Assembly: GCA_965233585.1 (NCBI GenBank)
Contig: CBDDTI010000747.1
Coordinates: 384,001 to 448,000 of the forward strand
Source of the DNA: a bacterium
GTDB lineage: Bacteria > SAR324 > NAC60-12
DNA length: 64,000 bases
Reading direction: 5' to 3'
A program made the translations under genes and the position numbers. Every line of letters starts with the position of its first letter. The first letter of the stretch is position 1. The notes beneath the pieces were generated by a model, which was given only the letters and a program-made list of their open reading frames with translations, did no database searches and was not told where the DNA came from. Positions 10,711 to 21,366 of this stretch are shown piece after piece.

Positions 10711-10718
10711 TTTTTTTG

Positions 10719-11109
10719 GTAGGGACAGACCAACGTGTCTGTCTTCTTATACAGAACTTTGAACTTAGTCATTCCTGCGAAAGCAGGAATCTATCTTTTT
10801 TTCTTCATTGCTCACCTTGAAAGCCGTCATTGCTGACCTTGACCCGCAATCTCTTCTTTTGTTTTTTTGAGATTCCGTATCAAGCACGGAATGACGAGAG
10901 GACGTTTGAGATTCTGCATCAAGTGCGGAATGACAAAGAATATCTTCATTTTTCCCTAATTTCCTCACTTCCTTCGTCATTGCGGGCTTGACCCGCAATC
11001 TCACTTTTTCTGATTCCCCTTCACTGAAGGGGTGCTTGAGCAAGCAAGCGGGGTAGTCCAAGAGGGAAATTGAAACACCCCGTCCCTTTTGGGACACCCC
11101 TCTTGTCAG
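10719..11109. repeat. REP-like palindrome cluster
   Basis: GTAG-REP gtagggacagaccaacgtgtctgtc, GTCATT/AATCT palindromes, and an acacccc..cccctct hairpin element. Confidence 0.85.
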
Positions 11110-11117
11110 GGCAGTGT

Positions 11118-11450
11118 TCACTTGGTGTTGGTATAATATTTTTCAAGTCTTTTATAGTCAAAGAAGAGTTTGAGAGTGTGATCCAGCATGTGAAAAGTTT
11201 TAGAATGTCGTTTAGATTTTCTCATAAAGCGAGCAAGGTTATCCCTAATAGAAGAGTTTGAAGATTCAATGAGGTGAGTCTTGTCCTTGCCTATTTCATG
11301 CTTCTCTGGAATTCGGAGTTGCGCAAATGCGACTTGATAGCAAGAGTTCGCATCTGTATAAATCGTTTCAATTCTAGCTCGTTGTGCTTTGACGAGTGCA
11401 TAGAGCTTCTTGGCAGCTGCTAATCCTTTGCCTATCACAAAGGCAATCAC
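11118..11450 (-). CDS. insB: IS1 InsB (DDE part, expressed by frameshift fusion with InsA)
   Basis: IYTD..CY, THLIESSNSSIRDNLARFMRKSKRHSK. Confidence 0.9.
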   Translation of the reverse strand: MIAFVIGKGLAAAKKLYALVKAQRARIETIYTDANSCYQVAFAQLRIPEKHEIGKDKTHLIESSNSSIRDNLARFMRKSKRHSKTFHMLDHTLKLFFDYKRLEKYYTNTK

Positions 11451-11485
11451 ACATTGTTCTCTACGAGAGTCTGCTGTCCAAACGA

Positions 11486-11833
11486 CTACTCTTTGACTTT
11501 TTTTTGAACAAAAGTATAGATTTCATCCATCTCTATGCTATCTACTTGTTCATTGAAACTTGCTGCTCCCTTTGGGAGTTGAGCCACTCTGGCTTTTTTG
11601 ATCCAGTTGAGAACAGAAGTTGGAGACACCTTGAGAAAACGAGCTATTTTTCTGATGCCTACGCTATTGACATACATCTCTAAGGCTTGACGCTTCGTCT
11701 CTAGTGGGATTCTCAACCCATTTGAACTGAATGACCTCCCACATGATTTGCAACCATACCTCTGCACTCCTTTGTAACAACCATTCTTGATATAATTCTG
11801 ACTTCCACAATGATGACAACTTCTCATATTCAT
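11486..11833 (-). CDS. insA: IS1 InsA (zinc ribbon + HTH); A8 slippery site at 11498-11505
   Basis: CHHCGS..KNG..QRYGCKSC, HTH IRKIARFLKVSPTSVLNWIKK, EMDE. Confidence 0.9.
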   Translation of the reverse strand: MNMRSCHHCGSQNYIKNGCYKGVQRYGCKSCGRSFSSNGLRIPLETKRQALEMYVNSVGIRKIARFLKVSPTSVLNWIKKARVAQLPKGAASFNEQVDSIEMDEIYTFVQKKVKE

Positions 11834-11882
11834 TCCTCAAATTCACTCTCACATGCAATAACAACACCAAGTGAACACTGCC

Positions 11883-12185
11883 TCTTGTCAGAGGGGAATT
11901 GGAACGCTTCATCCTCCGTCATTGCGGGCTTGACCCGCAATCTCACTCTTGCTTTTTGAGATTCCGCATCAAGTGCGGAATGACGGTTTGCTCTTTTCCC
12001 ATTCCCCCGTCATTGCTGACTTGACCCGCAATCTCCCTTTTTCATCGTCTTCACACTCTTTTTTGAGATTCCGCATTAAGTGCGGAATGACAAAGAGAGT
12101 TTGCTCACCTTGACCCGCAATCTCTCTTTTTTCATCGTCTTTACACTCTTTTTTGAGATTCCGTATCAAGCACGGAGGGACTGAG
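11883..12185. repeat. REP-like palindrome cluster
   Basis: Multiple copies of gtcattgcgggcttgacccgcaatct and gagattccgcatcaagtgcggaatgac. Confidence 0.9.
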
Positions 12186-12239
12186 ATGGCAGGTGTTGAA
12201 GATTTAACCCAACTTGAAGACCAGCAAGTCTAGGCTTTG

Positions 12240-13364
12240 CTAAGTTTTAGCAACACAAGATTTGCTAATGTTCAACAAAATTCCTACCATCAAACAAGAA
12301 ACGATGAAGGAACTCCCACCATAACTTAAAAATGGCAGAGGAATCCCCTTTGTTGGTATGAGACCCGTTACAACCAACAAATTAAATAACATTTGCAGGC
12401 TGAGAGAAATAGACAATCCCAGAGCTAAAAAACGGGCAAAGACATCTTCAGCATTGATAGCAATCCAAAAAGAACGAAAGACAAAGGAAACAATCAAGGC
12501 TAAGACGAAAGAGACCCCAAACCAGCCCCATTCTTCAGCAAAAATAGCAAAAATAAAATCGGTGTGAGCATCTGGTAAAAACAGCATTTTTTGACGACTT
12601 TCTGTAAACCCTTGACCTGTCCAACCTCCTGACCCGAATGCAATGAAAGATTGAATTACTTGAAAGCCTGCACCTAGAGGGTCTTGCCATGGATTCAGGA
12701 ATGCCAAAATTCTTCTCATACGATAGGATTCAGCAAAAATCATGATGCTGGAGGCAGCACCACATGCCAACAAGCTGACGACCATGTGAGACACCTTTGC
12801 CCCGCCTACAAAAATCATCAACAACGCAGTCATGGCAATCAACGCCGCTGTTCCAAAGTCAGGTTGCATAGCAACGAGCGAAAGGAATCCACCAATCACA
12901 ATCAAGTTGGGCATCACTCCGCGAACAAAATCTGTCACTTGTTCCCGCTTGCGGGTCAAATAAGCGGACATGTAAATCACAATCACCACTTTCAGTAATT
13001 CTGATGGCTGGAATCCTAGCCCCGCAAACCTCACCCAACGCCTTGCCCCTTTGATTTCGCTGCCGATGCCAGGTACTAGCGTCAATGCCAGAAAAATCAA
13101 CATGCCTGCCATGAGCAAAAAACGGTGTTGCCTCCACCTGATGTAAGGAACCTTAGCACTGAAGTATAAAACTGAAACACCTAATGTGACATGCAACAAA
13201 CGTTTTTTCAGAAAAAACATGCTATCTTGATAACGGATTTCTCCCAATGCTGCAGTAGCACTGAAAATCATCACAGTTCCAAGCAATGTCAGTAATACCA
13301 GTTGCCACAGAAGAACTGAATCGTATCTTTGATGAGGTGGTGTTTGATTTGTTGAGCGAAACAT
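12240..13364 (-). CDS. ftsW: SEDS peptidoglycan glycosyltransferase FtsW
   Basis: GARRW, FQPSELLK, QPDFGT, FLPDAHTDFIFA, GIPLPFLSYGGSS. Confidence 0.93.
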   Translation of the reverse strand: MFRSTNQTPPHQRYDSVLLWQLVLLTLLGTVMIFSATAALGEIRYQDSMFFLKKRLLHVTLGVSVLYFSAKVPYIRWRQHRFLLMAGMLIFLALTLVPGIGSEIKGARRWVRFAGLGFQPSELLKVVIVIYMSAYLTRKREQVTDFVRGVMPNLIVIGGFLSLVAMQPDFGTAALIAMTALLMIFVGGAKVSHMVVSLLACGAASSIMIFAESYRMRRILAFLNPWQDPLGAGFQVIQSFIAFGSGGWTGQGFTESRQKMLFLPDAHTDFIFAIFAEEWGWFGVSFVLALIVSFVFRSFWIAINAEDVFARFLALGLSISLSLQMLFNLLVVTGLIPTKGIPLPFLSYGGSSFIVSCLMVGILLNISKSCVAKT

Positions 13365-13433
13365 ATTACAATCTCCTGTTTGCTTGTGATTTTTTCAAGA
13401 CTTTTTTATTTAACTTTTATCACTGGGTAGCTG

Positions 13434-13838
13434 ATGGGACAAAAAGCAAAAATTTTGGTAGTAGATGACGACCGAGATATGACATTGATTTTGAAAGAAA
13501 TTTTGACAGATTTAGGATTAGATGTCACTGTTGCCAACAATGCTGAAGACGCGATTGAACATATTGAAACAGAAGAATTTTATGTAGTCATCACAGATAT
13601 TCACATGCCCGGCATGTCTGGCATTGACCTTCTGCGATTCTGCCGACAATTCAACAATTTAATTCAGGTCTTTATTATGACCGCACACAGCAACAAGCAA
13701 AGCATTGTTGAATGCTTAAAAGCAGGGGCAGTGGATTATTTTGAAAAACCCTTCCACACAGAAGATGTGATCTCATCAATTCAAGCCGCTCTTCATAAGA
13801 TGCACAAATGGGCAAAACTTGTCATCAATGCTTCGTAA
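13434..13838 (+). CDS. Single-domain response regulator (receiver)
   Basis: ILVVDDD, TDIHMPGMSGIDLL, MTAH, EKPF. Confidence 0.92.
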   Translation: MGQKAKILVVDDDRDMTLILKEILTDLGLDVTVANNAEDAIEHIETEEFYVVITDIHMPGMSGIDLLRFCRQFNNLIQVFIMTAHSNKQSIVECLKAGAVDYFEKPFHTEDVISSIQAALHKMHKWAKLVINAS

Positions 13839-13840
13839 AA

Positions 13841-14041
13841 TTGCACCACATTATCCTTTTACTGACGACCACGGTGAGTGCTTGTTCCAGTTCCACACAC
13901 GTTTGGAAAATTTCAGGTCAGCATTGTGTGTATGACCAGAATCCGCAGTTCAAAGTCACCAACCACGACGACCCTGAACTATGCGGACGCTTCGTTCCAA
14001 CCAGTCAGCACAAGCCTCAGAAACTTCGTGGTATGTTTTAG
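13841..14041 (+). CDS. Possible small lipoprotein
   Basis: A TTG start right after the regulator stop gives MHHIILLLTTTVSAC (lipobox-like). The ORF fills the gap to lolD. Confidence 0.4.
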   Translation: MHHIILLLTTTVSACSSSTHVWKISGQHCVYDQNPQFKVTNHDDPELCGRFVPTSQHKPQKLRGMF

Positions 14042-14043
14042 AG

Positions 14044-14736
14044 ATGCTACCACAAATTCAAGTCAATCGCTTGTGCAAATCGTTTGTCAATGGTCAAGGT
14101 GAGTCATTGCAAGTTTTAAATGATTTGGATTTTGAGGCAGAGACTTCTACCTTTCATTCTATCATTGGTGCTTCAGGTGCAGGGAAATCTACTTTAATCA
14201 ACCTGCTTGGAGGGCTAGATTTGCCAACTTCTGGAGAGGTTTTGGTTCAAGGGCAAAGTCTTTCTACTATGACACGCAAACAGATTGCAACATTTAGAAA
14301 TCAAAACATCGGCTTCGTCTTCCAGTTTCATCACTTATTGCAAGACTTCTCTGCTCTTGAAAATGTAGCAATGCCTTTGTTGATTCATGGTGCTTTGAGA
14401 AAAGAAGCATTTGAGAAAGCCTCTCGTGCATTGCAGCAGGTGGGTTTGTCTCACCGAAGCACGCACAGACCTGCACAGCTTTCAGGTGGGGAACAACAGC
14501 GCACAGCCATTGCACGTGCCATTGTCAATTCTCCTGCTATCTTACTTGCTGATGAACCGACAGGCAATTTAGACCAACACAATAGCAAACAAATCTTTGA
14601 CCTACTTTTGCAGTTGAACCAAGAGACGCAAATGACTCTCATTGTCATTACGCATAATTTAGAACTTGCCAAACAAGCACCTTTTCAATTAAAAATGTCT
14701 TCAGGAAAACTCTGTTTTGTTTCTAATCAAGCATGA
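14044..14736 (+). CDS. lolD: Lipoprotein-releasing ABC ATPase LolD
   Basis: [43 protein letters not shown]. Start taken at MLPQIQV. Confidence 0.88.
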   Translation: MLPQIQVNRLCKSFVNGQGESLQVLNDLDFEAETSTFHSIIGASGAGKSTLINLLGGLDLPTSGEVLVQGQSLSTMTRKQIATFRNQNIGFVFQFHHLLQDFSALENVAMPLLIHGALRKEAFEKASRALQQVGLSHRSTHRPAQLSGGEQQRTAIARAIVNSPAILLADEPTGNLDQHNSKQIFDLLLQLNQETQMTLIVITHNLELAKQAPFQLKMSSGKLCFVSNQA

Positions 14737-17129
14737 AATTTCAACATTTATGTATCACATTCTTAGGCTTTTTGTTGCCATTAGGAGTTTGGGCGCAAGT
14801 CATTGAACAAATAGAGGTGGAAGGCACAAATCGTCTGGAACGTTCCCAAATTCTCTTCAGAATTGAAACAAGAGTTGGTGAACAATTTAACAAGCGCAAG
14901 ATCATTCGTGACGTCAAGACCGTTTATAAGATGAGAAAGTTCACCTTTGTCAGCATTCAATCTAGTCAGCAAGCGAATGGAAATTATATTCTGACCTTTG
15001 TTGTCAAAGAACGTCCGCGTATTGGAAAGATTACAATCACTGGACGCACCAAAGTTTTGGAAAGTGAAATCACTAAAATTCTGACTCTTAAAGAAGGCGA
15101 TATTTTCAACCAATCCAAAGTCTTGCAAGACCGCCTTGCGATTCGTAACATCTACTACAAGGCAGGCTATACTCGTGTCAAAATCACACACAGCACTCAA
15201 GAGATTGCACCCTCCAAATATGAGGTCGTTTTTCGTATTGAAGAATCTGCCAAAATTTACATCACGCGATTAGGATTTCATGGCAACAACGTCTTTCCAG
15301 ACTTAAGGCTTGAAAGAATGATGACCTCAGGAGAAATAGATTGTATTTCATGGGTCAATGAATCTGGAGTTTTCCAAGAAGACAGAATCAATCAAGACCT
15401 TGCTTTAATTACAAGACTTTACCTAGAAAATGGCTACATCAAAGTCAGGATTGCCAGACCTAAAATTGTGCTGACGACCAACCCTGATTATGGCTCACTT
15501 GAAATAGACCTCACTTTCACTGAAGGCAATCAATATTTTACAGGTCAAATAGAACTGACAGGAGATTTGCTTGATTCCAAAGAGGAGTTGACCAACCTTT
15601 TAGAGCTTAATAAAAGCGAGGTTTACAATCCTTTTTTACAAAATCGTGACAGGGCTGCACTCAATGATTTTTTTCAAGAAAGAGGTTATGCCTTTGTTCG
15701 TGTGATTCCTAAAACAACCATCCATGAAGATACACGCAAAGTGGACGTCACTTACCAAATCATCAAAGGTGAAAAGGCGTATCTTGGTCGGATTGATTTT
15801 GAAGGAAACACCGTGACGCATGATTACGTCATCAGACGCGAATTTGAATCCCGAGAACGTGATTTATACAATGGCAAAAAGCTCCAAAAAAGCCAACGAA
15901 ACCTTGAAAGGTTGGGATTCTTTGAACAAGGTTTGAGCATTGACAGGTTACCTGAAGAGGAGGAGGACAACATTCTCAATATGCTGTTAAGACTCAAAGA
16001 AGCCTCAACAGGTTCGTTTAACATTCAGGTCAGTTACAGTGAAGTTTCTAAGCTGGCAGGCAGTGTGACCATTTCCAAAGGAAACTTATTTGGTCGTGGT
16101 TATACCATTCGCTTCAGAATGAACTTTGCCCAACAAGGCTCACGTTCTGCAAGTTTGACCTTCATTGAACCAAGATTGCTACACAGCAGGATTTCTGCAG
16201 AAGTTTCGCTGGGATACAGCATTGTCAAATCAAACTTTGAAAGTAGATTTGACCGCAGAGAAATTTCTTTTGGACTGGCTTTTGGGATTCCTCTCATCTT
16301 TGAAGATTGGAGTTTGGGGGTTGGATATTCTGCCATCAACCGCCTGTTTAACGATTCAGAAAATCCAGACCTTGAAAAAAGAACTGCTTATGTTGAATTA
16401 AAGTATGACACCGTAGACCACCCTATTTTTCCTTCTAGCGGGATTCGTTCCAGTGGTAGTGTCTCGCAAACAGGGGATTATGTTTTAGGTGGGAATACTC
16501 GCTTGCGTGAATATGCGTACACTTATCGTCAATTTTGGAGTTTAAACAAAAGCCGCAGCGTGATTGTTATGGCACAGGCTAGGTTGGGATTTTTGGAAAA
16601 ACAAGGGGACTCTGCCATTCCTGAAGAAGACCGCTATCGTATTGGTGGGATTTCTACGGTGCATGGACATTTTAACGGGGATATTTCAGGACCTTCATCA
16701 GGCACAAATGTCCAAGATTCCATAGAAGAAAGAACAATTATTGGCGAACTTGGCACAAAAGAATCTGACACCGTTGACGAACGTCGTCTGGAGCTGACTC
16801 GTGAGGAATTAGAACAGTTGATTCCCGGTGGGATTTCTCAACGTATCTTTAATCTGGAACTGTTGTTTCCTCTTGGTGGTGATAGTTCGTCAAGGAATAT
16901 TAGAGGTGCGCTTTTTTATGATGCTGGAAACGTCAATGCAGAACCTGCCCAATACCGAATCTTGAAGGAAGAAGAACCAAAATTTTGGGATTTGAGGCAA
17001 AGCACAGGTATCGGTGTCAGATTGATTACACCGATGGGCGTTTTGCATTTTGACTATGGACGTAAGCTAGATGCCAGAAAACATGAAGCAGATGACAAGT
17101 TTGATTTTAATATTTCAGGCTTGTTCTAA
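14733..17129 (+). CDS. bamA: Outer membrane protein assembly factor BamA
   Basis: Signal peptide, five POTRA-like domains, beta-barrel ending FDFNISGLF. Confidence 0.93.
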   Translation: MKFQHLCITFLGFLLPLGVWAQVIEQIEVEGTNRLERSQILFRIETRVGEQFNKRKIIRDVKTVYKMRKFTFVSIQSSQQANGNYILTFVVKERPRIGKITITGRTKVLESEITKILTLKEGDIFNQSKVLQDRLAIRNIYYKAGYTRVKITHSTQEIAPSKYEVVFRIEESAKIYITRLGFHGNNVFPDLRLERMMTSGEIDCISWVNESGVFQEDRINQDLALITRLYLENGYIKVRIARPKIVLTTNPDYGSLEIDLTFTEGNQYFTGQIELTGDLLDSKEELTNLLELNKSEVYNPFLQNRDRAALNDFFQERGYAFVRVIPKTTIHEDTRKVDVTYQIIKGEKAYLGRIDFEGNTVTHDYVIRREFESRERDLYNGKKLQKSQRNLERLGFFEQGLSIDRLPEEEEDNILNMLLRLKEASTGSFNIQVSYSEVSKLAGSVTISKGNLFGRGYTIRFRMNFAQQGSRSASLTFIEPRLLHSRISAEVSLGYSIVKSNFESRFDRREISFGLAFGIPLIFEDWSLGVGYSAINRLFNDSENPDLEKRTAYVELKYDTVDHPIFPSSGIRSSGSVSQTGDYVLGGNTRLREYAYTYRQFWSLNKSRSVIVMAQARLGFLEKQGDSAIPEEDRYRIGGISTVHGHFNGDISGPSSGTNVQDSIEERTIIGELGTKESDTVDERRLELTREELEQLIPGGISQRIFNLELLFPLGGDSSSRNIRGALFYDAGNVNAEPAQYRILKEEEPKFWDLRQSTGIGVRLITPMGVLHFDYGRKLDARKHEADDKFDFNISGLF

Positions 17130-17287
17130 ATACTAATTCTCCAGTTTGTGAAAACACATCTTAAAAAGTAGGAATGAGGTTGGAAGCCAAACAAATTCAC
17201 TTGAGATGACAAATCAACAAAACATTTGATTCAAATGATTCAAAAGAGTCTTTGACTCTTGAAAATTGGCAAGCAGAGGCTATCACT

Positions 17288-17878
17288 ATGAACGTTCCCA
17301 ATATTAAGCAACTTTGCGACATGCAACTTTCTCTCATTCAAAAATGGTATGATGAGGAGAATTTTGTTGCAGAAGAAGATTTTTTGTCACAGGCACTGCA
17401 ACAGCATTGCTACAATTACAAACTTTGGAAGCAAGAAGATTTAGCCAGAGACCCTGATTCATCTGATGCTGTGATTGCAGACGTCAAAAGAAAGATAGAC
17501 CGACTCAATCAGCAACGCAATGACCAAATTGAAAAACTTGATGCGTTACTTCTTGCCAGCCTGCCACCTGTCCATCAAGACACTCCATTGCATAGTGAAA
17601 CTCCCGGAAATATGATTGACCGTCTGTCTATCAATGCCTTGAAAATTTATCACATGCAACTGCAAACGCAACGTCAAAGTGCAAGCGATGCACATCGCAC
17701 CCAATGCACCCAAAAACTCAATATCTTAAAACAACAACGACATGATTTGATTCAATGCCTCAACACATTGATTGGCGAACTGTTTAGTGGAAAAAAACAA
17801 ATCAAAGTGTACTACCAGATGAAGATGTACAATGACCCCTCTTTAAATCCTGTTCTCTATGGCAAGAGGGATTTATGA
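17288..17878 (+). CDS. DUF4254 family protein
   Basis: LWKQEDLAR, KRKIDRLNQQRNDQIE, SETPGNMIDRLSINALKIYHM, QMKMYNDPSLNP. Confidence 0.85.
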   Translation: MNVPNIKQLCDMQLSLIQKWYDEENFVAEEDFLSQALQQHCYNYKLWKQEDLARDPDSSDAVIADVKRKIDRLNQQRNDQIEKLDALLLASLPPVHQDTPLHSETPGNMIDRLSINALKIYHMQLQTQRQSASDAHRTQCTQKLNILKQQRHDLIQCLNTLIGELFSGKKQIKVYYQMKMYNDPSLNPVLYGKRDL

Positions 17879-17999
17879 GTCGTCATTTTGTGAGGCACTT
17901 CCAGCTCAACACGATTTAAGTTATGATATGGTCAGGATTTTGTTACAATTCTAAGTACTAGGAATTTTTTAACTCGTTCAAACAATTAGGAGTCATTCA

Positions 18000-18521
18000 A
18001 TGGCAGAAGAAGAAGGCGGAGGAAGTGCTGGCGGAGGAAAGCTCAAATTGATTATCATTATCGTTGCAGTTTTATTGCTTTTGTTGGGTGGTGCAGGTGC
18101 GGCATACTTTTTTCTGTTTTCCTCACCACCCACTCCTGAAGAAGAGGAACAGGCTTTGGCAGAAGCAGAAAAAGCACTTTCTCAAGAAGTTGAACCATTA
18201 GAGACGCCTATTTTTGTTCCCTTAGGCACCTATACTGTCAACTTGAAAGATGGAAGACGTTACTTGCGTGCCAAAATTCAACTAATGATGAGCGAATCAT
18301 CAGCAGCAGACTATTTGACGCTGAGGCTTGTTGAAATCAAAGACATCGTCAACAGTGAATTACAACTGCTATCGGTTGAGGCATTATCTACGCCAGAAGG
18401 CAAGGAAGAATTGAAAAACGAATTGACCAAAAAAATAACGGCTTTGTTCCCCAAAGAGCCAGATTGGGACGACCCCCACGTTTTACGCAAGGTTCTATTT
18501 GAAGAATTTTACATGCAGTAA
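18000..18521 (+). CDS. fliL: Flagellar basal body-associated protein FliL
   Basis: N-terminal TM GGAGAAYFF, YTVNL, GKEELK, C-terminus VLFEEFYMQ. Confidence 0.9.
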   Translation: MAEEEGGGSAGGGKLKLIIIIVAVLLLLLGGAGAAYFFLFSSPPTPEEEEQALAEAEKALSQEVEPLETPIFVPLGTYTVNLKDGRRYLRAKIQLMMSESSAADYLTLRLVEIKDIVNSELQLLSVEALSTPEGKEELKNELTKKITALFPKEPDWDDPHVLRKVLFEEFYMQ

Positions 18522-18523
18522 AA

Positions 18524-19015
18524 GTGGCTGAAGAAGTTCTTGAAAACTTTGGAGGGAAATCAGGAGGGAAGTTTAAAATCATTTTGATTTTGCTTCTCTT
18601 AATCATCGCAGGAGTTGTTGCCTTTTTCTTTTTAAATCAAGAAGAAGAAGAGCAAGAAGAGGTGTTTCAGAAGGTTGAAAAACAACCTGAAGTCACAGAA
18701 CCTTTTTATCTGGATTTAGGAGAGTTTGTGATTAATCTGTCTGACAGAAAATATTTTCTTAAAACGACTGTCTCTTTGGTTTTTCATGCAGAAATTTACA
18801 AAAATTGGCTCAACCTAAGGTTACCTATCGTCAGAGATACCATCATCAGCTATTTGGAACTCTTTAGTGCCAGACAACTTTCTGACGAAAACACACGGCA
18901 ACAAATTAGACGTTCTTTGACAAAACGCCTCAATTCTCTTTTCTCAAATCGTATGCTCCGAGAAGAATCTGAACCTGTCAAAAAGATTCTTTTTCAAGAA
19001 TTTTACACACAATAG
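18524..19015 (+). CDS. fliL: Second FliL paralog
   Basis: TM anchor, LGEFVINL, PIVRDTII, ILFQEFYTQ. Confidence 0.85.
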   Translation: MAEEVLENFGGKSGGKFKIILILLLLIIAGVVAFFFLNQEEEEQEEVFQKVEKQPEVTEPFYLDLGEFVINLSDRKYFLKTTVSLVFHAEIYKNWLNLRLPIVRDTIISYLELFSARQLSDENTRQQIRRSLTKRLNSLFSNRMLREESEPVKKILFQEFYTQ

Positions 19016-19024
19016 CAACACCTC

Positions 19025-19486
19025 ATGGCAGACGAAGGATTTGACGCACTGGATAGTTTAGACGATCTGGATTGGTCTGATATTGAAGATGAACTTGCTG
19101 CAAACAAGAGTCAAATTGTAGCAGATGCTGAACCTGTTGCAGAAAGCAATGACGCTCCTACTTTAGCACAAGATGCGATTGATCAAATTGTGCAAGCAGG
19201 TACCCAAGACAGCGACATCAAAGACCATCTTGACATTGACTGCCTGCTTGATGTGGAGCTTCAGATTGTTGTAGAGGTTGGAAGAACCAACATCATCATA
19301 GAACGTGTCTTGGAACTTGACAAAGAATCTGTTGTTGAACTTGAGACTTTGGTTGGGCAACCTTTAGATGTTCGTGTCAATAACCGTCTGGTTGCAAGGG
19401 GTGAGACTGTGGTCATCAACGACAAATTTGGAATTAGGATCACTGAAATCATTCCGCCAGAGCAACGAGTCAGTGTGTTAGGCTAA
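19025..19486 (+). CDS. fliN: Flagellar motor switch protein FliN
   Basis: SPOA domain LLDVELQIVVEVGRT...VARGETVVINDKFGIRITEII. Confidence 0.92.
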   Translation: MADEGFDALDSLDDLDWSDIEDELAANKSQIVADAEPVAESNDAPTLAQDAIDQIVQAGTQDSDIKDHLDIDCLLDVELQIVVEVGRTNIIIERVLELDKESVVELETLVGQPLDVRVNNRLVARGETVVINDKFGIRITEIIPPEQRVSVLG

Positions 19487-19488
19487 CG

Positions 19489-20574
19489 ATGAAACCATTC
19501 CTTTTCTTCTGGGTTTTCTTTCTTTATTACTCTGTCCATGCAAATTCTCTTGCAGACATCACCTTCCCAATTCAAGATCAATTTGACAAAATTCATCTTC
19601 AATTCCATCAAGCCATAGAATCTGAACCTGTCATCACAGTGAGTGAAGGAGCTATCAACATTTACCTTGCATCTAGTTCACAATCACCCAAGCCTAGCAA
19701 AACTTACAAACCGATCCAAGAACACCTTGTGCATTCTGCTGTTGTGATTCAAAACAAAAACTCAATCCGCATTGATATTGCTCTTAAATCGCTGTGGAAT
19801 GTCCAAGACCAAATTCAGCTAGAACGAGATGCCACCTCTCTTTTTTTAGCAATCAATAGAAATGCTTTGATTGAGTCATTACAATCCAAAAAAGGCAATT
19901 CTCAACTCCAAGAAGATGAAGTCAGGCAAAGGATTCAACAAGATTATTTATTGACGGTGCCTGCTTCTAGTAATAAGCCCTCAAATAACAATTTTTACAC
20001 AAATTCACTGACTAATTCTGAGGACTGGCTTCCCTTTTCTATCACTGTCTCTCTGACTTTACTGGCGTTTCTTTTGTTCCTTTACATCATTTTGTATCTG
20101 TATCAAAAGTTGTCTTCTGGCAAGATAGGTAGTTCAGGAAGTTTAAAAATACAAGTTGCGGCAACTTATCACCTTGGGGCAAAGCAAAAAGTGGTGATTT
20201 TACAAATAGAAGATCGTTTTTTTGCCTGTGGTGTCACTCTGCAAAGTATCAATTTTCTCACAGAAGTTGGAGGGGCTAAGGATCAGGCATTTCTCAACGA
20301 CCTTTCTTTGACCAATGGAATCCAGCTGGAAGCACGTTCTGAGTTTGAACAAGTTTTGAAAGCGGCTCAAGCACCTCATCAGGAGTCTCCTTCAAAAGAA
20401 CTTCCCAAACAAAATGTTCCCACAACAGAAGCACCACTGACAGAGGAAAGTTTAGTTGTGAAAGCACCCCAAAAAGAAGCAGCAACACCATTCAGCCATG
20501 ACCCTGCAATGAATCAATTTGCAAAGGTTTTGAATCAAAAAATCCAAAAACTCAAACCTCTTGGGTCAACATGA
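19489..20574 (+). CDS. fliO: Long FliO-type flagellar biogenesis protein
   Basis: Lies between fliN and fliP; TM followed by LGAKQKVVILQIEDRFFACGVT..INFL; long N-terminal periplasmic region. Confidence 0.7.
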   Translation: MKPFLFFWVFFLYYSVHANSLADITFPIQDQFDKIHLQFHQAIESEPVITVSEGAINIYLASSSQSPKPSKTYKPIQEHLVHSAVVIQNKNSIRIDIALKSLWNVQDQIQLERDATSLFLAINRNALIESLQSKKGNSQLQEDEVRQRIQQDYLLTVPASSNKPSNNNFYTNSLTNSEDWLPFSITVSLTLLAFLLFLYIILYLYQKLSSGKIGSSGSLKIQVAATYHLGAKQKVVILQIEDRFFACGVTLQSINFLTEVGGAKDQAFLNDLSLTNGIQLEARSEFEQVLKAAQAPHQESPSKELPKQNVPTTEAPLTEESLVVKAPQKEAATPFSHDPAMNQFAKVLNQKIQKLKPLGST

Positions 20575-21311
20575 TGCAAAAAGTTTTATTGCTTGTTGTT
20601 TTGACATCGTTCGCATCAGTGCTACATGCACAGATTCCGGGAATCAAGATTGGTGTTGACTCTGCCTCTAATCCAGAAGAAGTTGTCGGTTCGTTGCAGG
20701 TCATTTTTTTACTGACCATTCTCACCTTTGCCCCTGCTATTTTGGTGATGACCACTTCATTCACACGGTTTGTCATCGCTTTGTCTTTTTTAAGGCAAGC
20801 ATTAGGGACACAGGCAGTGCCTTCTAACCAAATCATTATCGGACTTTCTCTTTTTTTGACGTTATTTGTCATGCGTCCTGTCTGGGACGAAGTCAATAAT
20901 GTTGCTCTTGAACCTTATTTACAAGGAGACGTCTCGCAAGAAGTGTTTCTTGAAAGGGCATCGTTGCCATTGAAAAACTTCATGAGAAAATTCACCCGTG
21001 AAAAAGACCTTGCTTTGTTTTTGAGGATTTCTAACCAGCCGAATCCCCGCACCATCAACGACGTTCCGATTTGGGTGATGATTCCTGCCTTCATCATCAG
21101 TGAGCTGAAAACAGCCTTTCAAATCGGATTTTTGATTTACATGCCGTTTTTGGTGATTGACATGGTGGTGTCTTCTATCTTAATGGCAATGGGTATGATG
21201 ATGCTCCCACCTGTGATGATTTCTTTACCTTTCAAACTGATGTTGTTTGTCTTAGTGGACGGCTGGCATTTGATTGTTGGCTCACTTGTCAGAACTTTTG
21301 TAGATTTATGA
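20571..21311 (+). CDS. fliP: Flagellar export gate protein FliP
   Basis: TSFTRFVIALSFLRQALGTQ, IPAFIISELKTAFQIGF, PFKLMLFVLVDGW. Confidence 0.97.
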   Translation: MMQKVLLLVVLTSFASVLHAQIPGIKIGVDSASNPEEVVGSLQVIFLLTILTFAPAILVMTTSFTRFVIALSFLRQALGTQAVPSNQIIIGLSLFLTLFVMRPVWDEVNNVALEPYLQGDVSQEVFLERASLPLKNFMRKFTREKDLALFLRISNQPNPRTINDVPIWVMIPAFIISELKTAFQIGFLIYMPFLVIDMVVSSILMAMGMMMLPPVMISLPFKLMLFVLVDGWHLIVGSLVRTFVDL

Positions 21312-21366
21312 AGAAAAATTTAAATCAAGTGAAAGATTTTTTGTTTGCTAATCTAACCAAGTATTA

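Larger units (their letters stand above)
11110..11882 (-). mobile_element. IS1-family insertion sequence, 773 bp
   Basis: Perfect 21-bp terminal IR GGCAGTGTTCACTTGGTGTTG; 9-bp TSD TCTTGTCAG (11101-11109 and 11883-11891); insA/insB ORFs. Confidence 0.95.
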
